From the NCBI GenBank assembly GCA_910592345.1, contig CAJVPI010000102.1, positions 1 through 53,894 of the forward strand: a stretch of DNA of 53,894 nucleotides. Direction: 5' to 3'. Every line of letters starts with the position of its first letter. Position 1 is the first letter of the stretch. The DNA comes from Paraglomus brasilianum (lineage: Eukaryota). Under the pieces are notes generated by a model. The model was not told the DNA's origin. It worked only from the letters and a program-made list of their open reading frames with translations, and searched no databases. The translations under genes were made by a program, and so were the position numbers. Below are positions 1-13,500 of the stretch, one piece after another.

Positions 1-1022
1 GACACGGAATTTCAATGTGTCATTACTATAGGAATGATAATCAACACGTTAGTAGCTATTGAACCTGTCGACAAGAAAAAACAAATTTACAGACTATTAC
101 CGTTCTGACAATTCATTAAGGCGGGCAATTCGTCGTGTATCAAAGATTGCTTGCAGTCCATTTGGATTTTCGGCTATCTGTAACAAAAAATCGATTGGTT
201 GTTTCGCGATTTGTGTTTAACTATAACTATAACTGTTCCCAAGCATCAAAAAGGTTCACGTTACCTTTACAACGAAATCTGCAGCCCTTGTCGATGTCGG
301 TATATCCTCATTGCCGATGACTTTAATGGCCGAATCATACAGTGGTGAATTGACCTTTATAGCAAAATTAATTCTTTAGTTAAATATGCAAAGAACACGT
401 TACATAAAAAATCGTCAACAAGACAGTTGAGATTTCCATCATGGTTGACTTACTAGATCAATTATGTATTCTTCATTTGCGAGACATTTTTCAATCTGAC
501 CTAGAGTGAGAAGGCAAACCTTTGGTAATGGACTCGATAGTCCGAGTCGAAAATAATCCTACAAATCAAATCAATCTTTACAATTTTAAAAAAAGCAACT
601 CGTAAAAAAAAAAGAAAAAAGATCGAACCCAAATATCGTGTAACCTTTAATTCTGAAGAAATAATATCAGCATAGGTAACGGCTCTTAATAGCTTCTCCA
701 ATACAATTCCAGCCGCATTTACAACAGATTCGCTCGGACTCTCGAGAAAAGTAAAAAAGTTTGGCAGTGGAACTGCAGATAATACTGCTTGAGTCACTTG
801 TGGGCCTCGTGGACCTGGGAGGTAAGATTTAAGAGACAGTCAAGCGTATTATCAGTATGTTCGGCAAGTCTCAACGACGCACCAAGATTCATTCTCGCAT
901 TACAAACCATCAAGAGCAACGCTTAATACGCCTAAAACCTCGGTAATCTCTTCAGGACTCTTTGTGCTCGATTGCAAAAGTGCATCTATTAAACCATCAG
1001 TCTCGGAGTTTAGTGATGACAT
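1..1022 (-). CDS. PSMD5: 26S proteasome assembly chaperone S5b/PSMD5 (Hsm3-like), 5' portion, at least 6 exons, continues off the left edge
   Basis: Manual splicing from ATG 1022 through GT..AG introns gives MSSLNSETDG...VPLPNFFTFLESPSESVVNAAGIVLEKLL...DYFRLGLSSPLPKVCLLTLGQIEKCL...IKVIGNEDIPTSTRAADFVVK IAENPNGLQAIFD...NDTLKFRV. This is colinear with recalled PSMD5 motifs (LTLSQI, IGGENLSV, GLEALFE, NDIVRYRV). Confidence 0.85.
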
Positions 1023-1791
1023 TGTTTGTCGGTTTCCACACACGTAAATCTGATGATGGAATGTTTACAACATCTAGCAGAGGGATCGACTGTACTAGGT
1101 GATAACAGATCATCTGATCGAATGTGCGTGTAGTAGTGAATTATCAATAACACAATCTTACTAAATAAGTATTTTTTCATCAATGTGGTTCCTTGACAAA
1201 TCAGGTCAGACCTTTAGTGAGAGAAACCGCTTCCTATGCTTTCGGTTTTACTCGTTAGAATTGTTTGATGGATCTTCTATTCGTTTCGTGTGATTAGCAG
1301 AGCTAGTAGAAATAATTATAGAACTTGCTCACGCACAATTAGAACATAGTTTTTTTTTCTATCCGGACTTTATCCGACTGTTGATGATGTCAGAAATTTG
1401 AGCAGACTTGCATCTCGATTTATAAGGTTTCTACATCGTGCGCTAATTTAATGAGTTCCGATGTATCTGCTAATTACAATTTGCAACCCTCACAACTGTT
1501 TTACGTGTGACCAATAAAGGACTCGAAAACTCACAACTGTTTTACGCACCAAATGTTTCGCGTACAAATCGAGTTTGCACCATAGATCTCTAAATAAAGT
1601 GTAATCTGTGAATAAACTTGTTAGCCTGAATATTGGAGATTTTGCTCGAATTCTCCAATTTTGCCTTAACTTGCTTTAATCCTTTTTATTCAATTGCCAA
1701 TCGGAGATTTTTTAATCGATGAACTGAAATTAAGGGGGATCAACATTTTTTGACATTTTAATTTTGTGTTTGGACAAATTTTTCTTTTTGT

Positions 1792-2906
1792 ATGGCGACA
1801 GAAAACCAAGCCGACACGTTAGGTAAAAAACTGACAATGTTTTGGCCGATTTTTTTTATTTACTAATCAGTTCATACATTGTCTCGTTCTCTCCTGCCCT
1901 TCGCTGTCCCCCCCCCCCCCCAATTACCCAGATCCTTTCCCTGCTCTTGACACCTCAAGCACTCTCTTTGGTACTCTGCAGACATCTAAAGCTTACAATC
2001 CTCTCGGGTCCCCTTCGTCTCCACTTTCCACGTCTCCCTTCACCGCCTTTCAAATATCTCCCACAGATATACTAAACACGATAACAGAAAGAAAACCATG
2101 TCCCACATGTAATAGATTCGTAAAGTATTTCTGTCATGATTGCTTTGTCGTGGATGAAGCATGTGAGAATGTGATGCCCAAGTTGGAATTACCTATTGGC
2201 ATTGATGTGTAAGTTTTCGTTGGAGAGAGGGCATCGAAAAAGATAATTAATGTGACAGTCCGACTAATGTGACAGCAGAGGTGAGACTTGGCACGACTCT
2301 TTTTGGTTGTACGCCTATAATTCACTTTTCTCAACACTCTATCCCCCCCTGATTTCTTTTCTACTCTGTCTGTTTATTAGTATAAAACATCCGGGAGAAC
2401 GTTCAGGAAAATCGACGGCAATCCACGCGCGTTTAATCTCTCCAACCTCCGTCTCCATCTACCCCAGCACCTCGATTCCCACGTACTCTGATCCTTCTCG
2501 CATACTGCTTCTATATCCTGCACCCGATGCCCAAACACTCGATACAATACCTCTCGACTCTTTTGACAAACTTCTCGTAATAGATGGTACCTGGAAACAA
2601 GCCATAAGCATCTTGAAATACACGACAGTCTTGTCTTCTTTTCGTAAAGTCACATTACATCCGCGCAAGACTATGTTTTGGCGATATCAAGATCGGAGCG
2701 AGAATTATCTCGCGACTATAGAAGCTATTTATTATTTTCTTGTTGATTACTGTGAAAAAGGTAAAGGTGGATACGAAGGTGAATTTGATAATTTGTTATG
2801 GTGGTATAAGTACTTTTATGAACTTATTCAAGGAGTGTATAGGGGCAACCCAGAGGGAAAGCAATTTAATAGTAAACATAGGAAAGATTATATTATGTAT
2901 GAGTAA
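1792..2906 (+). CDS. DTWD1: DTW-domain tRNA-uridine aminocarboxypropyltransferase (DTWD1), 3 exons
   Basis: ATG 1792 (MATENQADTL). Exon 2 has the Zn-knuckle CPTC...YFCHDC. Exon 3 has IKHPGERSGKSTAIHA, VIDGTWKQA, FWRYQ, LATIEAIYYF and DNLLWWY. Confidence 0.92.
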
Positions 2907-5900
2907 AAGAGAGAACAGCGTGGGAAGATAATAAAATTACGCTATATAGCGGTCCGTGGAGAGGATCGCAATATTAAGGGATAGGCTTGTGGTGATGGTG
3001 AACATGATGATGACCGAATGGTTACTATGTTGAAAATATTAATGGATTTGGCAATCCTGATCTTTCTGTGCTGGATCAGTGAGTTGTTAAAACCAGGCAT
3101 CTAAAATCGAACATACAGGCGATAGACCACTTTCACCAATTGCTTACCAACTTTACACGATGAGAAAAAACGAACAATATTTTTTATCAAAAAACGTCAT
3201 TGGCAAACCGTTTAAAACATTGAAAAAGGTTCACACCACATATGTAAGACTTTTCGCTTAGCGACTACCTTTTATACAGTTAGATAAAAATCTGTTTATC
3301 ACTGGATTGTAAAATATTACCATAAACACATTAGTAGAATTGTCTGTTAGGTAAACTTCTACGCGTATTTTGATTGGCCGAAATGCTTCAATACAAAATA
3401 TTAACTTTTAGCAATGTTAACATTAATACAGGTATTGTTATAGTTTTGGTAAGGGTAGTTTTTATTTGAAAAACGATGTCTGCTTTGGTTTGATGCCTTC
3501 CTTAGTTTGATATCTTCTTTAGTTTTCTTCAATCTCGATACCATTCCATAAATTTGTTTGCTTACCAATTTTATTTCTCGTTCGATAAAGAGTTGTAACA
3601 AGGTTTACGTGATCTAACTTCAAAAATAAACCATTACAATCAAGCTGTCGAAAAAGGCCTTAGTACAAACAATAGAAATTAACAAGATGCACGCGTTATT
3701 TGTCAAGAGTTTGGGTAACTTTATTATAAATTAACGCTTCCTGAGGCTACCCCAGAAGTAATTACTTGCAAGTAGGAATTATCTTAGTCTTACGCATGAT
3801 AGTCTGACCATCACGTTCATCCATTTCATTCTCAAGATGAACTGATTGACCGACACAAGTAATAACTATCGGACATAACAACGACTTTGTTACTCAAAGT
3901 CTCTTGCCCACTCCATAAGAATTTAGGGTGGCGTTCTTAACATCAAATAAGCATGTCAGTTGGTCACGATAAATGCATTACTACATATAAATAATGACTG
4001 TCGAGGAAACGATTGTCGGGAGAGTGACCCAGACCCGGAATTTTACACTTACTACAGTAACCAAAATTTTAAGCATACATACATATTCTTAGTCGATTAA
4101 TCTGTGAAAATTTATAACAAACAGGACCTGTTTACAATTGTAACAGAAAATAATATTTTCACAGCAAAATATCCCACATTGAAAGCCATACAAATATTTA
4201 CTACATGTAGCCACATGATCTCGAGTCCAATCGGTTGTCGTCTGACTATTTGGTGGATCATACAACACGTATGTGAAATTCAGGGACTGCGCATTGGACA
4301 CTGCACTTAAATATGCGGTTAATATATTATGCGTATTGTCCGTTTCGTTAGCCCATATGTAAACAAATCGTGATTTTTTATTTTTCCTATTTGTCACCTT
4401 GAAACAATTTCCACCGAGTTCAACATGTAATGTGAATCGAAGAGTGTATAGTAAAGGCAGATCGTTCTTTCAGATCGTCCTTTTCCAGATCACTTTCAAA
4501 CAATCACTCTCTTGGACGGAATCACCGTGGGAAGTTTGCATGCTGACAACAAAGCGAAGGAATACGAACATTGTTGAAAAGTGAGAGCTTTCGGGTGGGG
4601 GTGGGGCGGGAGCGAATTGGGGTAAATATATAGGCTTGTATACGCCCGATTAGGTTATGTACCGTTTTCGATTCACTGCGGATGTGCTATAAATAAGTCC
4701 AGTGAGAATTATGGGATATATCGGGTCCCGCAATACTAATACTGACAACGTGGTGATTGCACCTTTCGTCTATATAGATCGATCAATGTCTTTATTCGAT
4801 CAATGTCTTTATTATTCGTTATTGTCTATAATCCTAAAGATCAAACATGCAAGCATACATGATAAAAACGATAACGTCAGCAATCAATTGAACGTTTACC
4901 ATACACAATATACAGTATAAACGCACTTGTACGTCGGTGAATCTATTCGCCGACTATGAAGACAGCCATTAGAATAAAATAAATATTTTCAAAGGATCTT
5001 TGTATAAACAAGTAGATTGATAAAATTATATAATTGCCAAAGTTGCAGATCACAGGTGAAAACAAACAAATTTGGCTTTATTTATTTATTATGCATACAA
5101 CCACCTTTGTGAGACTTGCCAACTTTTGAATTGGATAAACATTGTCGGATGAGAAATAAGGGTTAAAGGATGAGATTTAAAAGCTAATCGTTCAAGCGAA
5201 TTTAGATTTCCTCATTTACGGATTAGTTACTCCATTGAAAGGGGGACTTTGAAAATAAACCGTTTATTAAAGGGGACGGTTAATGTAAAATTTCGACCCC
5301 CCCAGGAAACGTAAATATCTTCACGTTGCACAAAACAAAGGCCTTATTATGTGTACTGTAAATATACGTTGACTCGGCGCATACGATACACATACGAGTA
5401 TTACTATTGGTCGTTTCAATAACTCAACCCATACTATATATATCTTTTTTTTTTTATTCGTTGTACGTACTGTATTGGCCATTGTTATACTGCATTAAGA
5501 TACGCAGTTTGGCAGTACAGGACAAGATAGCGGGGGTGGGGGTGGGTCGTATACCCGTCACAAAATGTGGTTTCCATGTTGCGAAACTTTTATATACGAT
5601 ATACCAGGAAAGATATTTATACTTTTTAGTTTTCTTGTCATTCATGGTTAATGTATATGCTGAGCTCGACATGTGATTGAAGATGTGTTGATTTGTTCGG
5701 CTGGCTATAAGGACTGCCTATTTGGTATCCGTTTGCTTGTTGTTTGGCTTTGATAGATACCGTTTTGAATCTTATTTACGTCATTGTTGTAACCTTGTTT
5801 TTAAACAAGCGCACGGGACGGTAATGCCTCTGCCCATCAACAAGATTCTCATTTGCATGTTCTGGAATTGTTTAAGTGATCTTCACGTTGTATCACCGCA

Positions 5901-6843
5901 ATAGGAAAGCTTCTTTCTGTGTAACTACAATTAAACACCACGTACGCCAATGGCAACATTTGCATTAATTAGATGGCGCCGTTAACGCGACTAACAAAAG
6001 ATCACACATAATACACATATTCATTATTGTTGTCACAAATATAATAATTAAATAGAACAATCTATCGGGTCTAGATTCGTCAATTAATTAATGTAATCCG
6101 TATAGAGGTATGTACATGTCCAATATCGATGTGCTGTATGATTTTCGAGTTTTTTCTTGTTGGATTGAAATCGTATCGTTCGAGACGGCCAATAACAATA
6201 ACGCAATTTGTGGAAAGCAATCTTTTTCATCACACCCTCCCCAATTCAACCCCGACTATTTACTGTCCGCAATCATCCCACTATTAGTTAAGACGCCCAA
6301 TTAACTTATGACTTTCCCACCCGTTTCATAATTCGTCTTGTTTCCGAAAAGCTATACTTTATACAATATGAATATGAATGCATCATCAACCACTTGTACT
6401 ACAACATTTCCGACAGTTAAAAAGCGAGATGACATCATATCCTTCAATTAAGGAATGGAGCAGTTATTTATGTAAAACCTTTGATACATAAAATCCTATA
6501 TAATTCAGTATAGACCAGTATAGTTCAATGCTAGTTTACATGTGCCAACCCCACAATGGTACGACAAGCATGTCAAAGATCAAGTACAATCTAAACAAAA
6601 TATTACCCAGACCAAACAACTAGGAGTGATATATAAGCCAGTATCGTTGCATATAAACACACCTCTCCAAGAGAATTCGCCGCGGTTTCACTGCGTGCTA
6701 CTCAAGCCTCTTCACTAGTAAAATCCCACCTTCCTCCCACTTCATCTATTCTATCCCTTCATATTCACACACACACAAACCCGGTCAACAGATTGCATCA
6801 TCCACAAACATCACTCCCTTATTTGTTGTAAATATTGCAAAAG

Positions 6844-8559
6844 ATGCCTCTTTCTGATACATCTGCCTTGACCACTCCAAGCACCTCGGAAATTGACACC
6901 CCATCGAGCATAATGGCTTTCTCCACAGAGGAATTCAGTTTACTACTCGCTCTCGGAAATTGCTATGACGGCAATCAAAACGAGGTCGACTTTGACCGTA
7001 AGTAGAAAAAACACATCATTTCCATTATCACGACTCGCACAAATTTCCCGTTATACGCATAAAACACCCCCGAGATACAGTCTCTTCAATTGACATTAAA
7101 ATAATATTACTAGGGAAAAAACACAAGACTCCCAAAACACACCAGTCTAACCCAACATTTTATATTGACCACTCACAGTTATGCAAGCAGCGTCTCCTAC
7201 CGTCGTTCATGATCCTGCCTCCCCATGTATCGAAGGCATTTTCACCGACGTAAACAACATTTACGTTGGCTCAACTAACAACAACACTGCCGCAACCGCA
7301 ACCGCCACCGCAACCGCAACCACTACCACTACAACTACCACTACAACCACCACAGAAATCAATCCCGAAACGGGAACCCTCATCAACATGAACAGTGATG
7401 TTGCGCCAGACATTACGAATTTCGATGTCTACATGAACAATGATCTCCAATTCGCTATAGTCAATGAGAGCCCTTCTAGCAATAATAGCTCGAATCCCAC
7501 CGCCGCCAACACATCATACGACCTCTTAACGACCTTCCAAGGTCCATTCACTACCACAGAAGGTAGTTTCAACACCTTCTCTACTGATTGTCGAGCTGGC
7601 ATCAACAACTATTCAACCACATTCAACGAAAACTGTGATGCGGGATTTGTCGCAGGCGTTAAAAATTACAATCGAAGAGGCAGTAAGGACATTGATATCA
7701 TCATTAACGGTAGCCGTGATTTGAATATTAACGATAGCAGTGCAGCAAATACCGTTGCACAAGGAGCCAATCATGATGACAATAAGAACGACTACAGAAA
7801 CAATTATGAAAATAACACCACTTCCACAACCACCAACAATAATAAGAAGAAAAAAAACGAAAAAGAAAATAAAGACATGGACGATAGCGACACAAATTAT
7901 GGCACCGATGATAGTAACAATAATGTTTGTCAAGCTAGATGTAATGGAAACCGGAAACATAATGATCGTGTGGAGGAACCGAATGACAGAAACGAGCAAA
8001 TACGGACCCAAAAAACATTAACGGCTGAAGCACCGTCGCCGAGTCGGATTTCTCGTAAAAGAAAAGCGGCAGAAGAGCTAGAGATAACGCAGGATGAAAA
8101 AAGAGCGAAATTTTTGGAAAGAAATAGGCAGGCCGGTACGTGTATATATAAATTTTTCGGAATAATTTTTCTTGTAAAAAAAAATCTACTTTGATCGTAT
8201 TCTTACGACTTAGGTCATTTAATTAAGCTCTCAAATGTAGACAAAAGAAAAAGGAATTCACGACCAACTTAAAGAAACACGTGGAAGATCTTGAGGCCGA
8301 AAAAACAATCCTTACGAATTCGGTAAATCACTTGCGTGAACAAGTCTTGTATTTGAAATCGCTAATGATCTGCCATGGTGGCTGTGACTGCGGAATAATC
8401 CCTGAATATTTACAGACTTACGGAATTCAGATGCCTGCAACTATAATTCAGTCGCAGCAACAACCGCCACAACCGTCACAATCACGACCGCCACATCAAC
8501 AACCAGCCCAACAGCAGCACAGTCAATATCCAGCGTCGACAAGTAACTTTCTTGCTTGA
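6844..8559 (+). CDS. ATF/CREB-family bZIP transcription factor (Atf1/Atf21-like), 3 exons
   Basis: ATG 6844 with a GTAAGT donor at ~6998. Splicing across ~8136-8227 joins KRAKFLERNRQA to ALKCRQKKK, followed by a leucine zipper and the HxxC tail (CHGGCDC). The N-terminal region is T/N-rich and low complexity. Confidence 0.88.
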
Positions 8560-9220
8560 TTGTTTGGCTGTTTGTCAGCTGTTTGTCAGCTGTTTGTTGG
8601 TTGTTTTCCTTGCCATTTATTTGCATGTATGTGGCGTTACTTGCAATCCTCTACGATTAGTATATTGCAAAAAAAAAAAATCGGTATATTTTCTCAATGA
8701 TGTATAAGCAATAATAGTTCAGTACCTTGTGCTTATTTTTCATTTTTACACGAGCTTTGTATTATTTCTTGTATATAATTTTTTTTTCGCTTCTGTAGTA
8801 AACTAGATTTGCCCAAGGTATGTAAAAAAAATTAATATGTATTTCCAGTAATTGAAAGTAATAAATTTGCCTCATGAGGATGAAGTTATATTATTAGACG
8901 AATTGTGTGTATTCGGAGTTTTTTTGAAAGGGGGAAAGAATTGATCTTCGTTCTATGAATATCGATTTATTATTATAGTTTAGAGTTTGTGTAGTGTTGT
9001 AACATGCAAGGGGTCGATCATTCGATCATGATTTAAAGTTCGACCTTTATTCCGCTATAAACGAGTTTGGCCAACCCTAAACTATTCTATTTGCATCATT
9101 GAATCGGAAATTATGAGCGTAAAAGTCTAGAATATGCAGAATGATATATTTTGTATACGTCACAAGTATCTAAAACGGCCTGATGTGTAATACATGCTTA
9201 TACCGTACCGTCTATTATAG

Positions 9221-9882
9221 AGCTACGGTCGGATAGTCTGGGGTTTGGGAGAGCGATTAATCTTTCGCGTAGGGGTGTTCTTCCGACAGAGGATCTTGCC
9301 GGATTTGGCTTCGTGCTACCGCCCTTGTTACGGTAGTTGTTCAATTCTAAATCTACAAGTGATCTAATTTAATAATTAAAATGCGCGCTTCCTCCCTATA
9401 CAAATAAAGGTATCCACGATAGAACAACAACAACAATTATTCTGCCGCAGAATCGAAGGGGGAATAAAATTTTATTTAATAATTGTGGGGGCTGAAGCTG
9501 AAACAGGCCATCTGTTCCGACGTCGGGTATCTGTCACTTGTCTCTAATATAACTAATTAGACAATAATCGTTTTCAATAATTAATTACAAGTTTTCTTTC
9601 TCCGATCTGGAGTAATCGATCAGCGGACAACTTGTACGGCCTGGTAGAGCCGTTTATTAGCGTCTGGTCAAATAATTAATATCTCAGCGATGAAAGGGGG
9701 AATCGTTTATTTGATTATTATTTCCGTGGAATGGCACTATTATTATAACAACAACATTGACAACATGAGAATTTGACGATGGGGTAAGAGTCGCTTATAT
9801 ACCTTTAGCATCGCCCAAAATGCGAAACGGAGTTGGACTGCGGAGGATTTTACCATGTGATTCGCTTATCCGATTCATTAGA
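9221..9882 (-). mobile_element. Dispersed repeat, degenerate solo-LTR-like copy 1
   Basis: Colinear homology with 21409-22164 (e.g. TACGGTCGGAT.GTCTGGG, TCTTTCGCGTAGGGG, CACTTGTCTCTAA, GGACAACTTGTAC, GATTTTACCATGTGA). The minus strand has TATATAA (~9795-9801) followed by AATAAA. Confidence 0.65.
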
Positions 9883-11697
9883 ATGCGAATTTTAATACAA
9901 AGATGATCTTGTGACGTGGAACAATGTATAGATACAGGGCTGTTGGGCATAAGAAAGCTACCGTCAAACATAATCGCAAATGCAGTTTTTAACACATCCG
10001 TAGTCTTCTCGCTTTAATGCCTTCTTTGACAATTATATAAATGTAGGAAGCTTAAATTTAGTATAGTTGATTTGGGGCAAAACCAGACATTGTGAGCTAA
10101 AAATGGCTGGTGTGGCTGAAGATCAACTAAGTGACTGATAGCCTATACAGCTTTGGCTTATGTATGGACTAATTTTTTATAATTACAATGTATTCCATAT
10201 TAACATAGGCCTATTCCTATTAATATAAAAATGAATTAATTTGCATCAAATCCACCATGTACCCCAAAAATTGCAGCACCATTAGAAGCATTTTAAAGAA
10301 AGCTCAAGGAGAAAAATTGCTCCATATGTTTTTAAAATCAGTGATACCAAAATACTTGAGGAATATCTAGATAATAATATATACCAATTTTTACAATTGG
10401 CTTCTTTTCTCTTAGAACTGTCAAACTCACATTTTAATTGACAAGCCCACTACAAAATGAAGAAATCAAAAAGAAACAACATTAGTCTGGTTTCTATGTT
10501 GTATTTTGATCAAACTTGATGTGTTCTCAATTTGATTTATGTTTGGTATTAAAATTACTTACATAGAAAAAAAAAAAAATACTTGGTGGACATGAATAAG
10601 ACAATTGTGCTATTCTCAATTTCGAATAGTCACAGAAGTGGTCTGCTTCGCCAAATTAAAGACAAGCATTTCTTATTTATACCGGAAATATGTAAAATTT
10701 TAAATGTATTTATTCATTTAATTTAATTATAAAGGGACAAAAATCCCCCTTATCAAAATATTATCGTTGTATTCCTTTTTATCGATATGTGTTGCTGTGT
10801 CGAAAATCGGTATCGGCATTACCGTTTCAACATTACCACCGCGAATCTATCGAGTATTGCTATTTTTAAGCCACTCTTCGTCATTATAGATATATGATCG
10901 AGGGATACCCTTTTCCTCATACATTCGAAGTATAATTTCTTCACTTATTAGCCTTTCTAGCCCCGTATATCCATTAATTCTTCGAATCAAGGTTTGAATT
11001 TTGCGCAAAGTCAGTTTATTCTACAGGTTATTGCATATAGAAATAGTAGTACTGGTACGTCCCAATTGAAAGTTCAAAAACTTGGGAGTCGTAAAAATTT
11101 ACAAGATCAGTTACTGTAACCTTTTTCTAAGGGTAAATTGGCCCGCCCGCTAATTTGTTTACTCGTAATAAATCGCGAATACATTGCACGCACTGTAAAA
11201 ATCATGTCCCAATACGCGATCTTACCTACTTTACTCTTGAACGCGACTGGTCATTGTTGGATTTCTTACTCTATCGACAACACGCAGATTTTCTGGCTGA
11301 TAAGTGTAGTAAACACAAGAGCGGTATGTCCATAACCTGTCAACGATAATAGATTGTGACAATTTACCTGAAGAAGTGATTGAACGAGCTAGCATGGAAT
11401 TTGCTTCAGTACAAGTTAAGTTGTTGTGTTGACAGTGGATAGGTCAGAAGAGTAGTAGTTTATTCTGATGGGGTCTCTGAGTATTACTCAAACGCCGTAG
11501 CTACTTAACAAGTCCTTAATTTCTCGCAAGTTAGAACCATTTATTCAATGTCAAAATATCTACCCAAGAAACGAAACGAGCCACAGTTATTGATGCACCT
11601 CGTAAAGAACAGTCATTTATTATAAGCATATTAGATTTAGCATATATCTATTGAAATTAAAACATCAACCTCATTGCGATGCGAAAGTAAAGCTATA

Positions 11698-12576
11698 CTA
11701 TTTTTCTTCATCATCATCACCATCATCGCTTTCCTCACGGCGAGAAAGTCTTATTCTGTCACAGTAATTCTTGACTCTATGTTTCAAAACAAGCCAATTC
11801 CTACTATTCAAATTCCTAAAGTAAACATAGTCTATCTCAATATCGAATATAGCCCGTTTTATTTTTTGTTGCCATTCCGTGTCAATTCGTCCACCTTCGT
11901 GATTCTTAGACATAATAGCGACGACATGCCTGACCAATTCGTAGTAAATACGACAAGCTTTCTGAAAGTGGAGGAGATGTTTAGCCCATTGTTCATTATT
12001 TCCTTCGTCGCGTTTTACGCAATAACCTGCTTGAAATCTATAAATATTTATGTAAAAATAATCCTCTGAGTTTTGTTGTTTGCATCGTTTAAATAAATCA
12101 TATACACGATTTCTCCAACCATCCTCTGCAAAATTCGGATGACGAATCAACTTATTATGTGATGGTTCTTTCATGACTTTCACCATCTCTTTTGTATATT
12201 GTATGATATGATTCACGGCATCCACTTGAGTTCTGTTTTGCGCCGGTAGCCAAAAGCTATTCAATTCAATATTTTCATAGTGATCTATCGCTTCTTGTTC
12301 TTCTTCTTCTTCCCCACACATTCTACTATGGATCTGTTCGACTTTACTATTCATATCGTTATACATCCTATGCAGTTTGAGAAGAGCTTCGTTATTATTT
12401 GGGGCATCTGTGTGCTGAGCTTGGTATTCGGATTTAACATAGAAAACAGAAACCCTTTCAGGTTCTATCGTTATATAGTCAATCTTGTCATCTCTGTTCT
12501 TTCTATTATGTTTAATGATGTGGTTGCGGATTACTGATGTGGCAGATGTTATTTGTTCACTGATCTCAAGTGACAT
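11698..12576 (-). CDS. Intronless 292-aa protein of unknown function with acidic C-terminal tail
   Basis: Long uninterrupted ORF with protein-like composition, AAAATG start context and a TATA-like TTTATAAA about 45 nt upstream. No family recognised. Confidence 0.65.
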   Translation of the reverse strand: MSLEISEQITSATSVIRNHIIKHNRKNRDDKIDYITIEPERVSVFYVKSEYQAQHTDAPNNNEALLKLHRMYNDMNSKVEQIHSRMCGEEEEEQEAIDHYENIELNSFWLPAQNRTQVDAVNHIIQYTKEMVKVMKEPSHNKLIRHPNFAEDGWRNRVYDLFKRCKQQNSEDYFYINIYRFQAGYCVKRDEGNNEQWAKHLLHFQKACRIYYELVRHVVAIMSKNHEGGRIDTEWQQKIKRAIFDIEIDYVYFRNLNSRNWLVLKHRVKNYCDRIRLSRREESDDGDDDEEK

Positions 12577-13500
12577 TTTGGTTTCGAGTAAAAGGAAGAG
12601 CTTTTCAAGGAAGGAAGACTTTATAAATCAGCGGGACACGTCGCGTGCACGTTTAGCGCGCGCCGTTGTGTTATAACTAAATTGTTGTTATTGTTGTTAT
12701 TATTACTATTATTTAGTAAATAAACCAACTTCTAAAAGTCTTCTTCCAAATTCGGAATGTTGGTAACTCATCATTATCTACGTGTTTGCTAATAACGATA
12801 CTAATACGAATTAACGAGAAACCCATGATTACATATAACATAGTACAAGTCATTAGCCCACGCGTTCGTCTCGTTGTCTGAATCATGCTGCTCACGTGTT
12901 GACATGTTATCTTCATTGGCAGAGGACCGTATTATAGACATCACGTTTTCGTTTCTTTTGACTTTGATATCTAATTCTATATTTAGAACTGTCTGAACAC
13001 TAGCGGAGTAGGAGCATTAAGTATATTGCAACTTTGTTTGATACTCATCGTCGCAAGGGACAATCAGTAAACATTGCTTATTCAGCCAATGTCTACTGTT
13101 GATGAAAACCTCTACTAAAGACATTCCCGAATCCTTGTAATAACAGAAGAAAAGGTTACTCAGTAAGAGATAGAAATAAACAACCAGATGCCGAAGTAGG
13201 GATAGAAGAACAGCTTTTGGCGCCGAAGAACGCATGAAAGTTTCATAAAAGATTTCTTTTACACGATGGAATTAATATTACACGATTTGCCTTGGTGGTG
13301 TGCTCCGAACGAACCAACGTTAAGATCCCTACTTCAACATAAATCAGAGCAAGATTCTAGTAGATTCTACCTGTTTTACCGACTGCTTCGGAGCACTGCA
13401 TTTTTGCTATTACTTTGTACCAAGATAATTTATTTTGGCCTCAAATATTTATTCCACAATATATTATATATTATTACAGTAACGATCACAACGTTCAATT

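Noticed and set aside
3004..3062. ATGATGA...CTGA box C/D snoRNA-like pattern (a similar one at ~1051-1118)
   Set aside because: No recognisable rRNA guide complementarity or terminal stem; such motifs are common by chance.
4089..4571. Possible spliced minus-strand gene (…YVLYDPPNSQTTTDWTRDHVATC…)
   Set aside because: No consistent stop-free model or recognisable family.
7286..7352. Poly-Thr/Ala trinucleotide tract in the bZIP gene
   Set aside because: Ordinary low-complexity sequence in a transcription factor.
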